From: Mobula hypostoma
Lineage: Eukaryota
Length of the DNA stretch: 64,000 bases
NCBI RefSeq assembly: GCF_963921235.1
Contig: NC_086108.1
Coordinates: forward strand, 85,810,001 to 85,874,000
Direction: 5' to 3'
In this document: positions 48,661-61,825 of the stretch, piece after piece
Numbering within the stretch: position 1 is the first letter of the stretch
Layout: each line of letters opens with the position of its first letter
Program-made: the position numbers and the translations under genes
Notes under the pieces: model-generated
Database searches by the model: none
Seen by the model: only the letters and a program-made list of their open reading frames with translations
What the model was told of the DNA's origin: nothing

Positions 48661-51360
48661 AGAATCAGAATCAGAATCAGGTTTAATATCACTGGCCTAT
48701 ATCATGAAATCTGTTAACTTGGCAGCAGCATTAAGATGCAATCCATGATAATATAGAAAAAAATAAGTAAATCAATTACAGTAAGTACCAATATGTATAT
48801 TAAGTAGTTAAATAAAAAATAGTGAAAAATCAGAAAAAAATAAAAGTGAGCTAGTGTTTGTGGGTTCTACGTCCACTTTGGAATCGATTTCCTGAATTGT
48901 TGAGTGTGTGTCTTCAGGCATTTATACCTCCTTCCTGACGGTAACAATGAGAAGAAGGCATGTCCTGGGTGATGGTGAGGGAGGGGTCATTAAAAATAGA
49001 CACTGTCTTTCTGAGACACTGCTTCTTGAAGATGTTATGGATAGTATGGAGGCTAGTAACCAAGATGGAGCTAACTAATTTTACAATTTTCTGTAGCTTC
49101 TTTTGATCCCGTGCAGTGCCCCCCCACCCCACCATACCAGACAGTGATGAAGCCTGTCAGTATGCTCTCCATGGTATCTCTGTAGAAGTTTTCTAAGTGT
49201 TTTAATGACAAACCAAATCCCCTCAAGCTACTAATGAAATATAGCATTTGTCTTACCTTCATTATGTTCCTTTCCACACCTCGTGGCACATTCGGCAGCA
49301 TTTTTGCTGTTTCCGTAGCATTTGACCGTTTTTTACAAGGCCGAGTTGCTAGCTCAAAGCTCAACCCAGCACGAATGGAAAACATGTAAGGAGCTGGCTG
49401 GATTTGAACATGGGACCATTTGCCTCGAAGTGGGGTACTGATGCCACAACACCACCGGCCAGTGTGCCTTCTTTATAGCAGCATCAATATGTTGGGACCA
49501 GGTTAGATCCTTCGAGATCTTGACACCCAGGAACTTGAAATTGCTCACTCTCTCCACTTCTGATCCCTCTATGAGGATTGGTTCATGTTCCCTTGTCTTA
49601 TCCTTCCTAAAGTTCACAATCAGCTCTTTTGTTGTACTGACATTGGGTGCAAGATTATTGCTGCAACATCACTCAACTAGCTGGTGTATCTCACTCCTGT
49701 ATGCCCTTGTGTCTCCATCTGAGATTCTACCAACAATGGTTGTATCATCAACAAATTTATAGGTGGCACTTGAGCTATGCCTAGCCACACAGTTATGGGT
49801 ATAGAGGGAGTAGAACAATGGGCCAAGCACACACACCTGAGGTGCACCAGTGGTGGATCATCATGAGGAAGAGGGATCATTACCAATCCGAACAGATTGT
49901 GGTCTTCCACTTAGGAAGTTGGGGAGCTCCAATTGCAGAGGGAAGTACAACGAACCAGGTTCCGTAGCTTATTGATCAGTACTGTAGCAATGTCGGTGTT
50001 AAATGCTGAGCTATAGCCAATGGCCAGCATTCTGACATGTGTTTGTATTGTCCAGGTGATCTAAGGCTGTGTGAAGAGCCACTGAAATTGCATCTGCTGC
50101 AGACCTATTGTGGATATAGACAAATTACCGTGGGTCCAGGTCCTTGCTGAAGCAGGATTTGATCCTAGCCATAACCAACCACTCAAAGCATTTTATCACT
50201 GTGGATGTGAGTGCTACTGGCTGATAGTCATTAAAGCAGATCGTATGACTTTTCTTGGGCACTGGTATAATTGGTGCCCTTTTGAAGCGGGTGGAAGCTT
50301 CTGACTGTAGCAGTGAGAGGTTGAAAATGTCCTTGAATGCTCCTGCCAGTCGGTTGGTACAAGTTTTCAGAGCTTTACCAGCTACTCTATCAGGGCCTGC
50401 TGGCTTGTGAGGGTTCACCCTCCTGAAAGACAGCCTGACACCACCCTCCGGGACAGAGATCATAGAGTCACCAGGTGCAGCAGGGATCTTCACAGCTGTA
50501 GTTTTATTCTCCTTTTCAAAGCAGGCTTAAAAGACGTTGAGCTCGTCTGGTAGCGAAGCATTGCTGCCATTCATGCTATTGGGTTTCGCTTTGTAGGAAG
50601 TAATGTCTTGCAGACTCTGCCAGAGTTGATGTGCATCCGATGTCACCTCCAGCCTCGTTCGAAATTGTTCCTTTGCTTTTGATATAGCCCTCTGCAAATC
50701 ATACCTGGTTTTCTTGTATAGACCTGGGTTGCTAAACTTAAATGCCGCAGATCTAGCCGTCAGCAGGCGATGAACCTCCTGGTTCATCCACGGCTTTTGG
50801 TTTGGGAATGTACAGCAAGTTTTCGTAGGCAAACACTCATCCACACAGGTTTTAATGAAGTTGGTAATTACTGAGGCATTTGCATCCAGATTCAAAGGTA
50901 AATCCCTGAACTCAATCCAGTCCACCAATTCATAGCAGCCCTGTAAGCTCCCCTGTGCCTCCCTTGCTCACACCGTCTTGGTCCTTACTATTGGTGCTGC
51001 AGTCTCCAGTCTCTGCCTATACTCACGGAGTAGAAGTACAGCCAGGTGATCAGACTTTCCAGAGTGTGGGCGCGGAGTAGTACGGTAAGCACTGTTGATC
51101 TTAGTGTAACAGTGGTTCAGTGTGTTGTTCCCTCTGGTACTACAAGTGATTTGTGTATGGTAATAGCTTAGTGATTTTTTTTCAAGCTGGCCTGGTTAAA
51201 ATCCCCCAAAATGAAGGTGAAAGTGCCAGAGTGTGTTGTTTTGTGCCTGCTGATCACATTGCTCAGATCATCTAGAGCCTATTTGTTATTGGCCTGAGGT
51301 GGAATGCACACCGCTCCCAAATGGATCAGTGAAATCTCCCGTGGCAGGTAAAATGGGGTT
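48661..51360 (-). mobile_element. Rex1/Babar LINE, ~2.7 kb (endonuclease to 3' tail), with a nested SINE
   Basis: Minus strand FILGDFNQASL, PHSGKSDHLAV, NQKPWMNQEV, VIKCFEWLV, KFVDDTT; tail 'agaatcagaatcagaatcagg'. Confidence 0.95.
49266..49461 (-). mobile_element. tRNA(Arg)-like SINE with an RTE-type body
   Basis: Minus strand 'ggccggtggtgttgtggcatcag...cttcga...gttcaaatcc', then 'gtgctgggttgagctttgagctagcaactcggccttgtaaaaaa'. Imperfect TSD ccttc(a/t)ttat at 49256-49265 and 49467-49476. Confidence 0.8.
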
Positions 51361-52677
51361 AAAATTAACCCATAGAATGTGCAGACTCCGTACACTCAGG
51401 GGCAGAATTGAACCCGTGTTGCTGGTACTGTAATGGCCTGTGCTAACCACTACCATGCAATCCTCTACGATGCCAATGAAGGCCAAACCTGAAAGTGGAG
51501 CTAGTCAGGTGGGCATCTCTTTGCATTTCAAATGCTGCAGGTTCAAAGACTCACTTTGTTTCTTTGAATTAAAATCATCACTTCCCACTTCTATCTTAAT
51601 ATTTGCTTCTTTCTGTTCGCATTTTGGAACCCACTATTTTTTATTCACACTCTGGCCCAGCAGTAACTGTTTTTCACTTTTATCGTGGGCAGCCTGCTGT
51701 CATTGTAAAACAGGAAAAGCAGTGAAGGGATGGCTTGAAATAATGCAGCAGAACAAGATTGAAGCTCTCTATGATTATTCATAAGAAGCACAACTGACAA
51801 TAAGAAAGCATCAAACCTTCTGTCGACAAAGTGCTTAACAGTAAGCAGTGCATACAACATAAAGGTGTATTGAAGCCTAAAATGCACAGCATAAAGTGTC
51901 TGGTAATTGTTTTTCACCTTACAAGGAAATAAAGCAGCAAGCAGCAGAAGGCAACCAGCCGCTGCACAGAGTACTGCATTTCCTTTGAAGAGGTTTTCAT
52001 AGGAGTGCTTGGATTCAAGATAGTACATATTTTGGAAGAGGCATAATCCTTTAGACGCTAGGCAGGCATGTGCTCATTAAATTCAGTTCAAGTGCAAGTG
52101 GGTGAATCGCCTACTACTAGAAACAGAATAATGGTGCAGAGAAGCCTTTTGTCTCATTGAATCTTTCATCATGTGATTCAGTTACCCCCCCCCCTTCCTC
52201 TTTCCTCAACGTCCCTGTCATAGGTTTGATCCCTTCTGGTATTTAAGCAATGCCCTTTGTCTGAAACCGTATCCATCACCCAACATATTCCAAACCCTAA
52301 CCAATCACAGTGTGGGATTATTCCTCATGCTTTTTTGTCAATACTCTGTGGACATCAACCCTTTGGTCACTGGAATATTTCTTTTACATCCAAACCTTTG
52401 ATATTTGTAAACTCCTGTTTCTTGATGTTCACTGCTCCACGAAGAACCACTCACTCCACCTTCACCAATGTACGCACAGAATTAGAACCGCTCATCCAAT
52501 AAAATGGAGACACAAGAAGCTTCCGATACTGAAATCTGTTGCATTCCAAGTTAAAGGCCTCAATGTGATATGTTGATTGTCCATCTTTGTTCACAGATGC
52601 TGATGGGTCCACGTGATCTGTTTTGCTTGCTTAGCCACTCATACATTTGTACTTGTCCTTTTATACTCTTGCCAAGA

Positions 52678-52721
52678 GAATATAAAAATATAAAAATATA
52701 AAAATATGAATATAAAAATAT
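52678..52721. repeat. Short (tataaaaa)n tandem repeat
   Basis: About 5 imperfect units. Confidence 0.8.
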
Positions 52722-52917
52722 CCATTATGTTTTGCCCAGAGAAGGACAGAATATTTCAGCTGGTCACATGTTCTTATTTGATATAGGTTCAGCATATATT
52801 CCTAGCTTTCATACTCTGTAGGCTAGAGATTTGTAGAGACAAGAACCCAACAGAGCACCAAGTTGTCGAAAACATGGGGCAGGGCAATTCTGATGCCATA
52901 GCATCTGTCAAGAAATT

Positions 52918-53194
52918 TATTTTTTATTTATTGAGATACAGCAGAAACTAGGCCATTCCGGCCCTTTGAGCTGAGCCACCCAGTGATCCCCCGATTTAAT
53001 CCTAGATTAATCAGGGAACAATTTACAGTAACTAATTAACCTACCAACTGGTATGACTTTGGACTGTAGGAGGAAATCTGGAGGAAACTGTTGTGGTCAC
53101 GGACGGGGACAATGTTCAAACTCCTTACGGGTAGCAGTGGGAATTGAACCTGGGTCGCTGGTACTATAAGGCGTTGTGCTAACCACTATGCCGC
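52918..53194 (-). mobile_element. V-SINE/HE1-like SINE
   Basis: Minus strand 'gcggcatagtggttagcacaacgc...caggttcaattccc', V-domain and (taaa)n tail. Confidence 0.85.
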
Positions 53195-53545
53195 AAAAAG
53201 TCTGTCTTCACATATTGTTTGGTCAGGATTCTTGCTCTCCTTGCCTCACAAAGTCCAACATTACGTCCCCATTATGAGAGGTGGAAACAGGTAAGACAGG
53301 CCAATGGGACTCTAGTGAAGCTATGTAGGCCAATCCCCTGTACAGTGGATGCAATGGATTGCAGAAGCGTTGATGAACTCCAACTCCATCGACTTCAGAG
53401 TGAGGTGGAGATGGCATGTCCTTGATGACCTATGCTCCACTTAGGCGCTAAGGGTCCGAGTAGGTAAGCAAGTTGTTCTCCTTACCACTTCTTTTTGCAG
53501 CGTTAAACATCTTTAACTGTTATGAAGAACTGTGCAACAGCATTT

Positions 53546-53793
53546 GGGGCCGCACAGGAGCGATATTTAGTGTAACGATATTTCAGCACTAGCGATCTGG
53601 GTTCAGTTCCATTGCTAACTGTAAGGAGTTTGTATGTTCTCATTGTGACTGTGTGGGTTTCCTCCGGGTGTCCTGATTTCCATTCCAAAAGATGCACAGG
53701 TTAGTTGGTTAATGGGTCGCGTGGGTGTAATTGGGAGGCGTGGACTTGTTGGGATGGAAGAGGCTGTTACTGTGCTGTGTCTCCAAACAAATA
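53546..53793 (+). mobile_element. V-SINE/HE1-like SINE
   Basis: 'gggttcagttcc', 'gtgtgggtttcctccgggtgtcctgatttcccattccaaaaga'. Confidence 0.85.
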
Positions 53794-55893
53794 GATTATA
53801 CAGACACAAGAGACTGCAGATGTTGGAATCTGGAGCAAAAATTCAATCATGCAACAAATATAATTGGATGGCAGTGGGATTTTCTATCTCAGAGGTCTGT
53901 AAAACAATGGGTCTTATTTCTCTACAGCAGCCAGATAAATCCCCTTCACCATACAACTGTGCTACTAAAGGGGCAACTTTCAGGCTGCTTCACTGAGATC
54001 TCCAATCTTAAATTGAAGCTTGCATGCCCGCTTTGATGGTTTTGTCAAAAGAGATTAGGGTTCACCTAACTTCCTGATCATTCTAGACTACTGCTGCTGA
54101 TATTGTCTGGATCTCAAAATTTGGTGTGCACTGCTATACTAGGGAGATCATGTAAGTCCATACTCAAGGCGAGAGATGTTATCTCGTGTACACATTTGAT
54201 ATCTTCAAACTAGGTAGGCAGGGACTTTGCCAGTATAAGAGCTAGGGAAAGATCAAAATTGATCTTTGACTTTGACCAAAATTACAGTCCAATGCTCAAA
54301 AGTACAGGCCAAGATTGTCCAACATGTGTAGTTAAGCCAACTTGTGTTCGTTGTTTGCATCAGTGTAACTGAGGTTGATGGAATATCCCCTTCCACAATC
54401 CTATCCCAGCTTGCTTCTAATCTCTCTGTCATCAAAGTCAGACATCAGGAGAGACTCTCAGCCCAAACAATGTATCCTGGATCCAGCCAATTCTTCACAT
54501 ACCTAGCAACAAAGCTGTGTTTAGCTCTTAGATCTCCAGGGCTACATACCTTATCCAGTGCTTACAGTATGTTATTGGATGGAATGAAGAAATTACTGTG
54601 GCTTCCTGTAAAAAGGGTGGATAACAGCTACAGGTATATATCTAACATTCCCACATAGTTACCATAATCTAGAAACTTCAGGTCATATACACATCCTAAT
54701 TGAACAGTGTGACTAGTACAAACAATTTTGCCTCCTGGAGATCTCAAGTGGCATGAACACTTTGCACAGATTAACAGGTTAGAAGTTTGAGGCATGCATT
54801 CTTGAGATATAGGAATCGATGAGAAATCCCTCACAAAGATTTTTATGGCACCCCTTCTGCATTTGCAGTCAGGTCTTTCAGAAGTGGTGAGCACGTTCAC
54901 CTTATGAGTTGTCTGATCCTTTTACAACAATTTTTCTGTGATAATGACGTGGTGAAAAACGAGGTGCTGCTCAATGTCAAAAAAAAAGTCAAACTTTGTT
55001 TCAGGGTGTTCATTGGGATATGCGGTGTAGCACCAATGGAAATTGCAGTGTGCAAGAGAAAAGATTTTATTTCACCAGTCCTGTCACTTCAGTGACATTG
55101 TGGTTATTTAAGTGACGCTGGAACCTTTTACATACCTTTTCAGCTGAAAACCAGGTAGAGTATTCCCTGAGGCAAACAGCTATTCCCGTGGGAGCCTGCA
55201 CAGCCTATGGGATGCATGTAAATGCTGGCCATCAGGATTACATAGCCATGGACATGCAGGGAACAGCAGTGAGGGATTCAGAGACCTTGTGGTCCCACAG
55301 CAGCCTGTGCTTAAGCGGATCACTGGCTGACCTGCAAACTCAGCTCCAGCACAGCTTGGCAGACATAGGAACAAGCAGGTGGCTCTCCAGCTATTGTCAG
55401 TCCCTTGCCTGCTTCTGTCACTGTACAGGTGACAGGTGGTGTCCCAGAAGAAGGGGTCCTACAGCTAGAATAGGATTTATTATTTCTGACACACATGGAG
55501 GGCTCTTAGAACCTGAAGTACGTAGAGATGGCAGACAGCTGAATCAGAAACAAATCCCTAAAAGGTCTCTCAGGAAACCTCTGGACTCATGTACTGTAGA
55601 TTGACCACAATGCATTAATACACGTACCACTGGGGAGTTGCCCTATCATATTAGATTAATTTTAAAACATCCCATCAATATTATTTTTAACAATAATGCA
55701 AGTTTTCCATACAGTAATTTCATATTGCAATTCTAATGTCACAAATTCTGATGGATTTTTATTCAGGTGTGAGAATGTTCACCCCAAATGCAGAAGAGTA
55801 TAGACTTAGTGAAATGTGAAAATAATATTTGATCTCTATCTACCATGATGTTATTATATGCTAAACGTAGTTGAGAAGGAAATAAATGTAACA

Positions 55894-58800
55894 CCATAAG
55901 TCATAGGAGCAGAATTAGTCCATTCAGCCCATCGAGTCTATCAGCCCATTCTATCATGGCTGATCCCAGATCCCACAAAACCCCATACACCTACTTTCTT
56001 GCCAGATCCCTTGATGCCCCGACTGATCAGGAAACAATCAACTTCTGCCTTAAATATATGCAAGGACTTGGCCTCCACCACAGTTTGTGGCAGAGCATTC
56101 CACAGATTCACCACTCTCTGGCTAAAAAAATTCCTCCTTATCTCTGTTCCAAAGAGTCGTCCCTCAATTTTGAAGCTGTGACCTGTAGTTCTGGATACCC
56201 CCACCACAGGAAACATCCTTTCCACATCCACCCTATCTAGACCTTTCAACATTTAGTAGGTTTCAATGAGATCCCAATGGATTTTTCTAAATTCCAGTGA
56301 GTACAGGCCCAAAACTGTCAAACACTCCTCATACATTAACCCCTTCATTCCCAGATCGTCCTCGTGAACCTCCTCTGGACTCCCTCCAATGACAACACAT
56401 CCTTTCCGAGATATGGGGCCCAAAACTGTTGACAATACTCCAAGTGCAGCCTGACTAGTGTCTTATAAAAGCTCAACATTATCGCCTTGTTTCTACATTC
56501 TATTTCCCTTGAAATAAATGCCAACTTTGCATTTGCCTTCTTTACCGCACACTCAACCTGTAAATTAACATTCTGCCAGTTTTGCACGAGGACTCCTCAG
56601 TCTCTCTGGACCTCTGATGTTTGAATCTTCTCCCCATTTAGATAATATTCTGCACTATTGTTCCTTTTACCAAAGTAAATTATCATATATTTCCCAACAC
56701 TGTACATGTATTCCATCTGCCACTTTTTTGCCCATTCTTCCAATTTGTCTAAGTCCTGCTGCAATCACATTGCTTCCTCAGCACTACCTACCCCTCCACC
56801 TATCTTCATAGCATGCACAAACTTTGCCACAAAGCCGTAAATTCCTTTATCTAAATCACTGACAATGTGAAAAGCAGCAGTCCCAATACTGACCCCTGAG
56901 GAACACCACTAGTCACTGGCAGCCAACAAAAAAAGGTCCCTTTTATTCTCACTCACTGCCTCCTGCCTATCAGCCATTCTGCTACCCATGCCAGTATCTT
57001 TCCTTTAACACCATAAGATTTTATCTTGTTAAGCAGCCTCATGTGTGGCACCTTATCATTTGCCTTCTGAAAATGGAAGTAAATGACATTCACTGCCTCT
57101 CCTTTGTCCACCCTGCTTGTTACTTCTTTGAAGAATTCCAACAGATTTGTAAGGCAAAATTTGTCTTTAAAGAAACTATACTGACTTTGACTTGTTTTTA
57201 TCATTAGTCTCCAAGAACCCCAAAACCTCATCCTTAATAATGGACTCCAGCACTTTCCTAACCACTGAGGTTAAGCTAACTTGCCTATAACTTCCTTTCT
57301 TTTGTCTTCCTCACTTCTTAAGAGTGGAGTGACATTTGCGATTTTCCAGTTCTCCTGGACCATGCCAGAATCAAGTGATTCTTGAAACATCATGACCAAT
57401 GCATCCATTATCTCTTCAGCAACCTCTCTCAGGACTCTGGGATGTAGTCCATCTGGTCCAGGTGACTTATCCACCTTAAGACCTTTGAGTTTTCCTGGCA
57501 CTTTTTCCTTTGTAATAGCAATGCCACTCACTCCTGCTCTCTGACACTCACAGACCTCTAGCGTACAGCTCGTGTCTTCCATGGTAAAGGCTGAAGGAAA
57601 GTATTTATTAAGTTCATCTGCCATTTTTTCCTTCCCTATTACTACCATTTTCTAGTGGCCTAATATGAACTCTCACCTCCGTTTTATTCTTTATATAACT
57701 GAAAAAAAACTTTTAGTATCCTGTTTTATATTATTGGCTGGTTTGCCCTCCTATTTCATCTTGTCCCTTCCTATAGCTTTTTTAGTTGCCTTTTGTTGGA
57801 TTTTAAAAACTACCCAATCATCCTACTTCCCACTCACTTTTGCTACTTTGTATGCCCTTTTTTTTGGCTTTTATGCAGTCCTTAACTTTCCTTGTCAGCC
57901 ACAGTTGCCTAGCCCCACCATTTGAGAATTACTTCTGTGGGAAATACCTATCCTGTGTTTTGTGAACTAGTCCCAGAAACTTCAGCCACCTCTTGTCTGC
58001 CATCGTGCCTGCCAGTATCCCTCTCCAATCCAGCTGGCAAACCCCACTCTCATGCCTCTCAAACTCCCTTTATTCCATTGCTATAATGATACATGTGACG
58101 TGCTTCTCTCTCTCAAATTGCAGTATGAATTCAATCATATCGTATGGTGTTCTGGCATTCATCAACCATAGGATTGAGTTCAAGAGCCATGAGGTAATGT
58201 TACAAATGTATAAAATATTGGCCAGACCCCACTTGGAGTGCCGTGTTCAGTTCTGGTCACCTCACTATCAGAAGGATGTGGACACTTTTGAAAAAGTGCA
58301 GGGAAGATTTACAAGGATGTTTCCTGGATTGGAGACCATGCCTTATGAGAATAGATTGAGTGAACTTGGCCTTTTATCCTTGGAGCAATGGGAGATGAGA
58401 GGTGACCTGATAAAGGTGTATAAGATGATTGATCGTGTGGATAGCCAGAGGCTTTTTCACGGGGCTGAAATGGCTATCATGAGGGTCATGATTTTAAGGT
58501 GCTTGGAAGCAGGTACAGAGGGGATGTCAGGGATAAGTTTTTCACACAGAGACTGGTGGGTGTGTGGGATGCACTGCTGGCCACAGTGGTGGAGGCAGAT
58601 AAAATAGGGTCTTTTGGCAGGGTAAATCTTAGCAGTTGCTAGGGTAGATTACATGGTTAGTGTAAGGTTGTGGGCCGAAGGACTTGTAATGTGCTGTAGA
58701 TTTGTAATTCTATCAGGATCTCTCCATCCTAAGGATTCCTTTACATTAAGCTCCCTAATAAGATCTGGGTTATTACACAACACCCAATGTAAGGAGGCCT

Positions 58801-59519
58801 TTCCCCGAGTAGGCTCGAGCAGAAACTGCTCTGAAAAAATCCATCTCATAAGCTTTCAACAAATTCCCTCTCTTGTGATCCAATGCCAACCTGATTTTCC
58901 AATTCCCTTTGCATATTGAAGTCCCCATTACAATTGTAACATTACCCTTATTATATGCCCTTTCCAGCTCCCCTTGCAATCTCAACCCCACATCTTGGCA
59001 ACTATTTGGAGGACTATATATGATTCCCAGAATGTTTTTTTTTACCCTTGCAGTTTCTTAACTCCACCCACAAAGATTCAACAATCTCTGACCCTATGTC
59101 ACCTCTTTCTAATGATATAATTCCACCTCTTACCAACAGAGCCACATCACCAGCTATGTCTTCCTGCCTGTCCTTTTGATACAAAGTATATTGTTTGATG
59201 TTAAGCTCCCAACCATGGCCTTCTTTCAGCCACGACTCAATGATGCCCACAATGTCATACCGACCAATCTCTAATTGTGCCATGAATTCATCCACCTTAT
59301 TCTGAATGCTATGTACGTTTAAATACAACAATTTTAGTCCTGTGTTCTTTGCCCTTTTGAATTTTGCTTCTGTGGTACAATTTAACTCTTTGCTCTGTCT
59401 GCATTTGTACTCAATCATTGGCTTGTCCTTCCTTACATTCATATTACACCCATCATCTACTCGTTAAGCTGCCAGCTTGTCCTCAGCTCCATCATACTGG
59501 TTCCCATCCCCCTGCCATA
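55894..59519 (-). mobile_element. CR1 LINE (second family) spanning all of ORF2, decayed, interrupted by another CR1
   Basis: LYLNVHSIQNKVDE...IIESWL, KSPGPDGLHPRVL, CLTNLLEFF, QRVVNLWNALP; tail ccataag. Confidence 0.95.
58141..58712 (+). mobile_element. CR1 3' fragment nested in opposite orientation
   Basis: YGVLAFINHRIEFKSHEVMLQMYKILARPHLECRVQFWSPHY...; 3' UTR 'gggccgaaggacttgtaatgtgctgtag'. Confidence 0.92.
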
Positions 59520-60533
59520 AACTGTATTCTTTGGAGTAGTGAGAAAGCTAGTTCTGAATTTGGTGACTAGCCATTTCCATATTGAATAGTACTCCTATTT
59601 TCCATATTACTATGTTTCTATTATTTAACTCTGGTTCATTTTATGTTCTCCCAGTGTCAGTGAGGGTGGGGAACTGAATGGCTGCAGATCTTTGCTAAGC
59701 CTCCACAGAAACATGCCTTGGCAGTGTAGATAAAATCAGATGGGAAGAATTTTACAGAGCTGTGGTTGGAGGAAGAGGAGAAGGTCTGCAGAGGAGGTGC
59801 AAGTTTTCCTGGTGCAAATGTAGGGACAAAAGAACAGGCGTGTTTTGTGCAATCTGAACATTTTCAACCACTGTGGACTGAAGGGCCCGTATTGTGCTGT
59901 AGGTTTTCTACATTTCTATGCTTTATTCAATTCTTAGGCCCAAATTATCACTACTCACATTCCTGAGGGGAGGAATCTTGCTTCAGCTGCTTCACTGATG
60001 GCCTTTCCACTCCTTGAAACTCAAAATCAGGGATGTGTTCTGATAATTATACAATATTAACTTGTCTTTGTCAGTGCTTAAATGTTGCAGTAGCTCTTGC
60101 CTGCAGGCATTATTACCCAAGTAATGTTTGGATAGAAGCTGATAAGTGGAAAATAATGAATCAAATGCCAAAGACTACCATGCTTTCTCTGAGATCCCAT
60201 CACGAATAGACCAAGAGAGGTGAGATAGGCACTATTGACCAGAATCTTAACTAGATACAGTACACGTAACAATGGCTAGGAACAACATTTGCTGCTTTAA
60301 GCTGTGTGACCAACTGTGTGATTCAACACTTCAGAAAGATCCAAAGGGAATAATTAACATATATTTTAAGCTCCTTGAGTCTCACACATATCGGTTTATG
60401 AACTGTGCAATGGACTTTGTTAGAAGTTAATAACACACTGACACCCCCTACTTTGTTCTCGGAATAATTACAAAATGTTTTGACTAGAGCAAGTCTAAGA
60501 TTAGGCATCCTTCAATAAGTGATACCTCTCCTT

Positions 60534-60870
60534 AAGGCACAGAGGAATAGTGATTAGTTCAATCACTTTATAGCTCCAGCGATCACCAATCGGGGTTTAA
60601 TTCCCACTGCTGTCTGTAAGGAGTTCGTATGTTCTTCCCATGACTGCATGGGTTTCCTCCAGGTGCTTCTTCTTCCTCCCACATTCCGAGGATGTATGGG
60701 TTAGGGTAATGAGTTGTGGTCATGCTATGTTGGCACGGAAAGCAAGGTGATACCTATGGGCTGTCCTCAGCGCAATCTTTGGACTTTGTTGGTCATTGAT
60801 GCAAAATAACAGATTTCACTGCATGCTTAAATGTTGCGACGTTGCGATTTAAAAAAAAACTAATCTTAAA
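60534..60870 (+). mobile_element. V-SINE/HE1-like SINE
   Basis: 'ggggtttaattccc', 'ctgtaaggagttcgtatgttcttcccatgactgcatgggtttcctccaggtgct'. Confidence 0.8.
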
Positions 60871-61513
60871 TACCTCCTGCTTTCCCACATCCTTCACAGT
60901 GACAGCTGAGGTGACATGTCAGAATAGGAATGTTTAAAGTTCAAAGTAAAATTTATTATCAGAGTAACATACATGTTATCCCATATAATTATTGGATTCT
61001 TTTTCCTGCGGGCACACTTAGCAAATCTATAGAACAGTAACTGTAAACAGCAGGAACTGTTAACTGTAAACAAACTGTGAAAATGCAGATGTAAATAAAT
61101 AGCAATAAATAGCAAGAGCATGAAATAACAAGATTTCCTTAAAGTGAGACCATCGCTTATGGGAACACAGGAAATGAGTGTAATTATCCCTTTTTGTTCA
61201 AGAGCCTGATGGTTGAGGGTTAGTAACTGTTCTTGAACCTGGTGGTGTGAGTCCTGAGGCATTTGTACTTTCTACCTGATGGCAGTAGCGAGAAAAGAGC
61301 ATGACCGGTGATGAGGATCTTTGATGATGGATGCTGCTTTTCTATGGCAATATTTCATGTAGGTGTGCTGAATGGTAAGGAAGGCTTTACCTATGATTAC
61401 TGGGCCAAATCACTGGTATTGTGTTCCCATACCAGGCCTTAATGCAGCCAGTCAGCAAACTTTGCACCACACGTCTATAGAACTTTTTCAATCTTTCTGA
61501 TGACATATCAAAT

Positions 61514-61596
61514 GAAGTAAACTCTTCTCGGGCTTCCAGCAGGGTACAGGTATCAATTAAAACCGGTGTTTCGATGACCAACTCTGCCATCTTCAT
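61514..61596 (-). mobile_element. ~83-bp Poseidon-type terminal-repeat insertion with 10-bp duplication
   Basis: Matches 31310-31392. Duplication catatc(a/g)aat at 61504-61513 and 61597-61606. Confidence 0.85.
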
Positions 61597-61825
61597 CATA
61601 TCGAATCTTTGCAGACATCCAGAGGAAATAGAGGCGCTGTCGTGCTTTCTTTGCAATTACATTTATATTATGTGTCCAGGAGAGGTCCTCTGAGATAGTG
61701 ACACACAGGAATTTAAAATTACTGACCCTCTCCACCTCTGATCCTCTGATGAGTACTGGCTCATGGACCTCTGCTTTCCCTCTGCTGAAGTGTACAATCT
61801 GTTCCTTGGTCTTGTTGACTGAGTG

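Noticed and set aside
53200..53470. Possible RTE 3' end (RWRWHVLDDLCST)
   Set aside because: Only one short motif supports it, too weak to annotate.
57993..58607. 204-aa ORF as a novel chimeric gene
   Set aside because: A chance read-through from antisense CR1 into a nested sense CR1 fragment.
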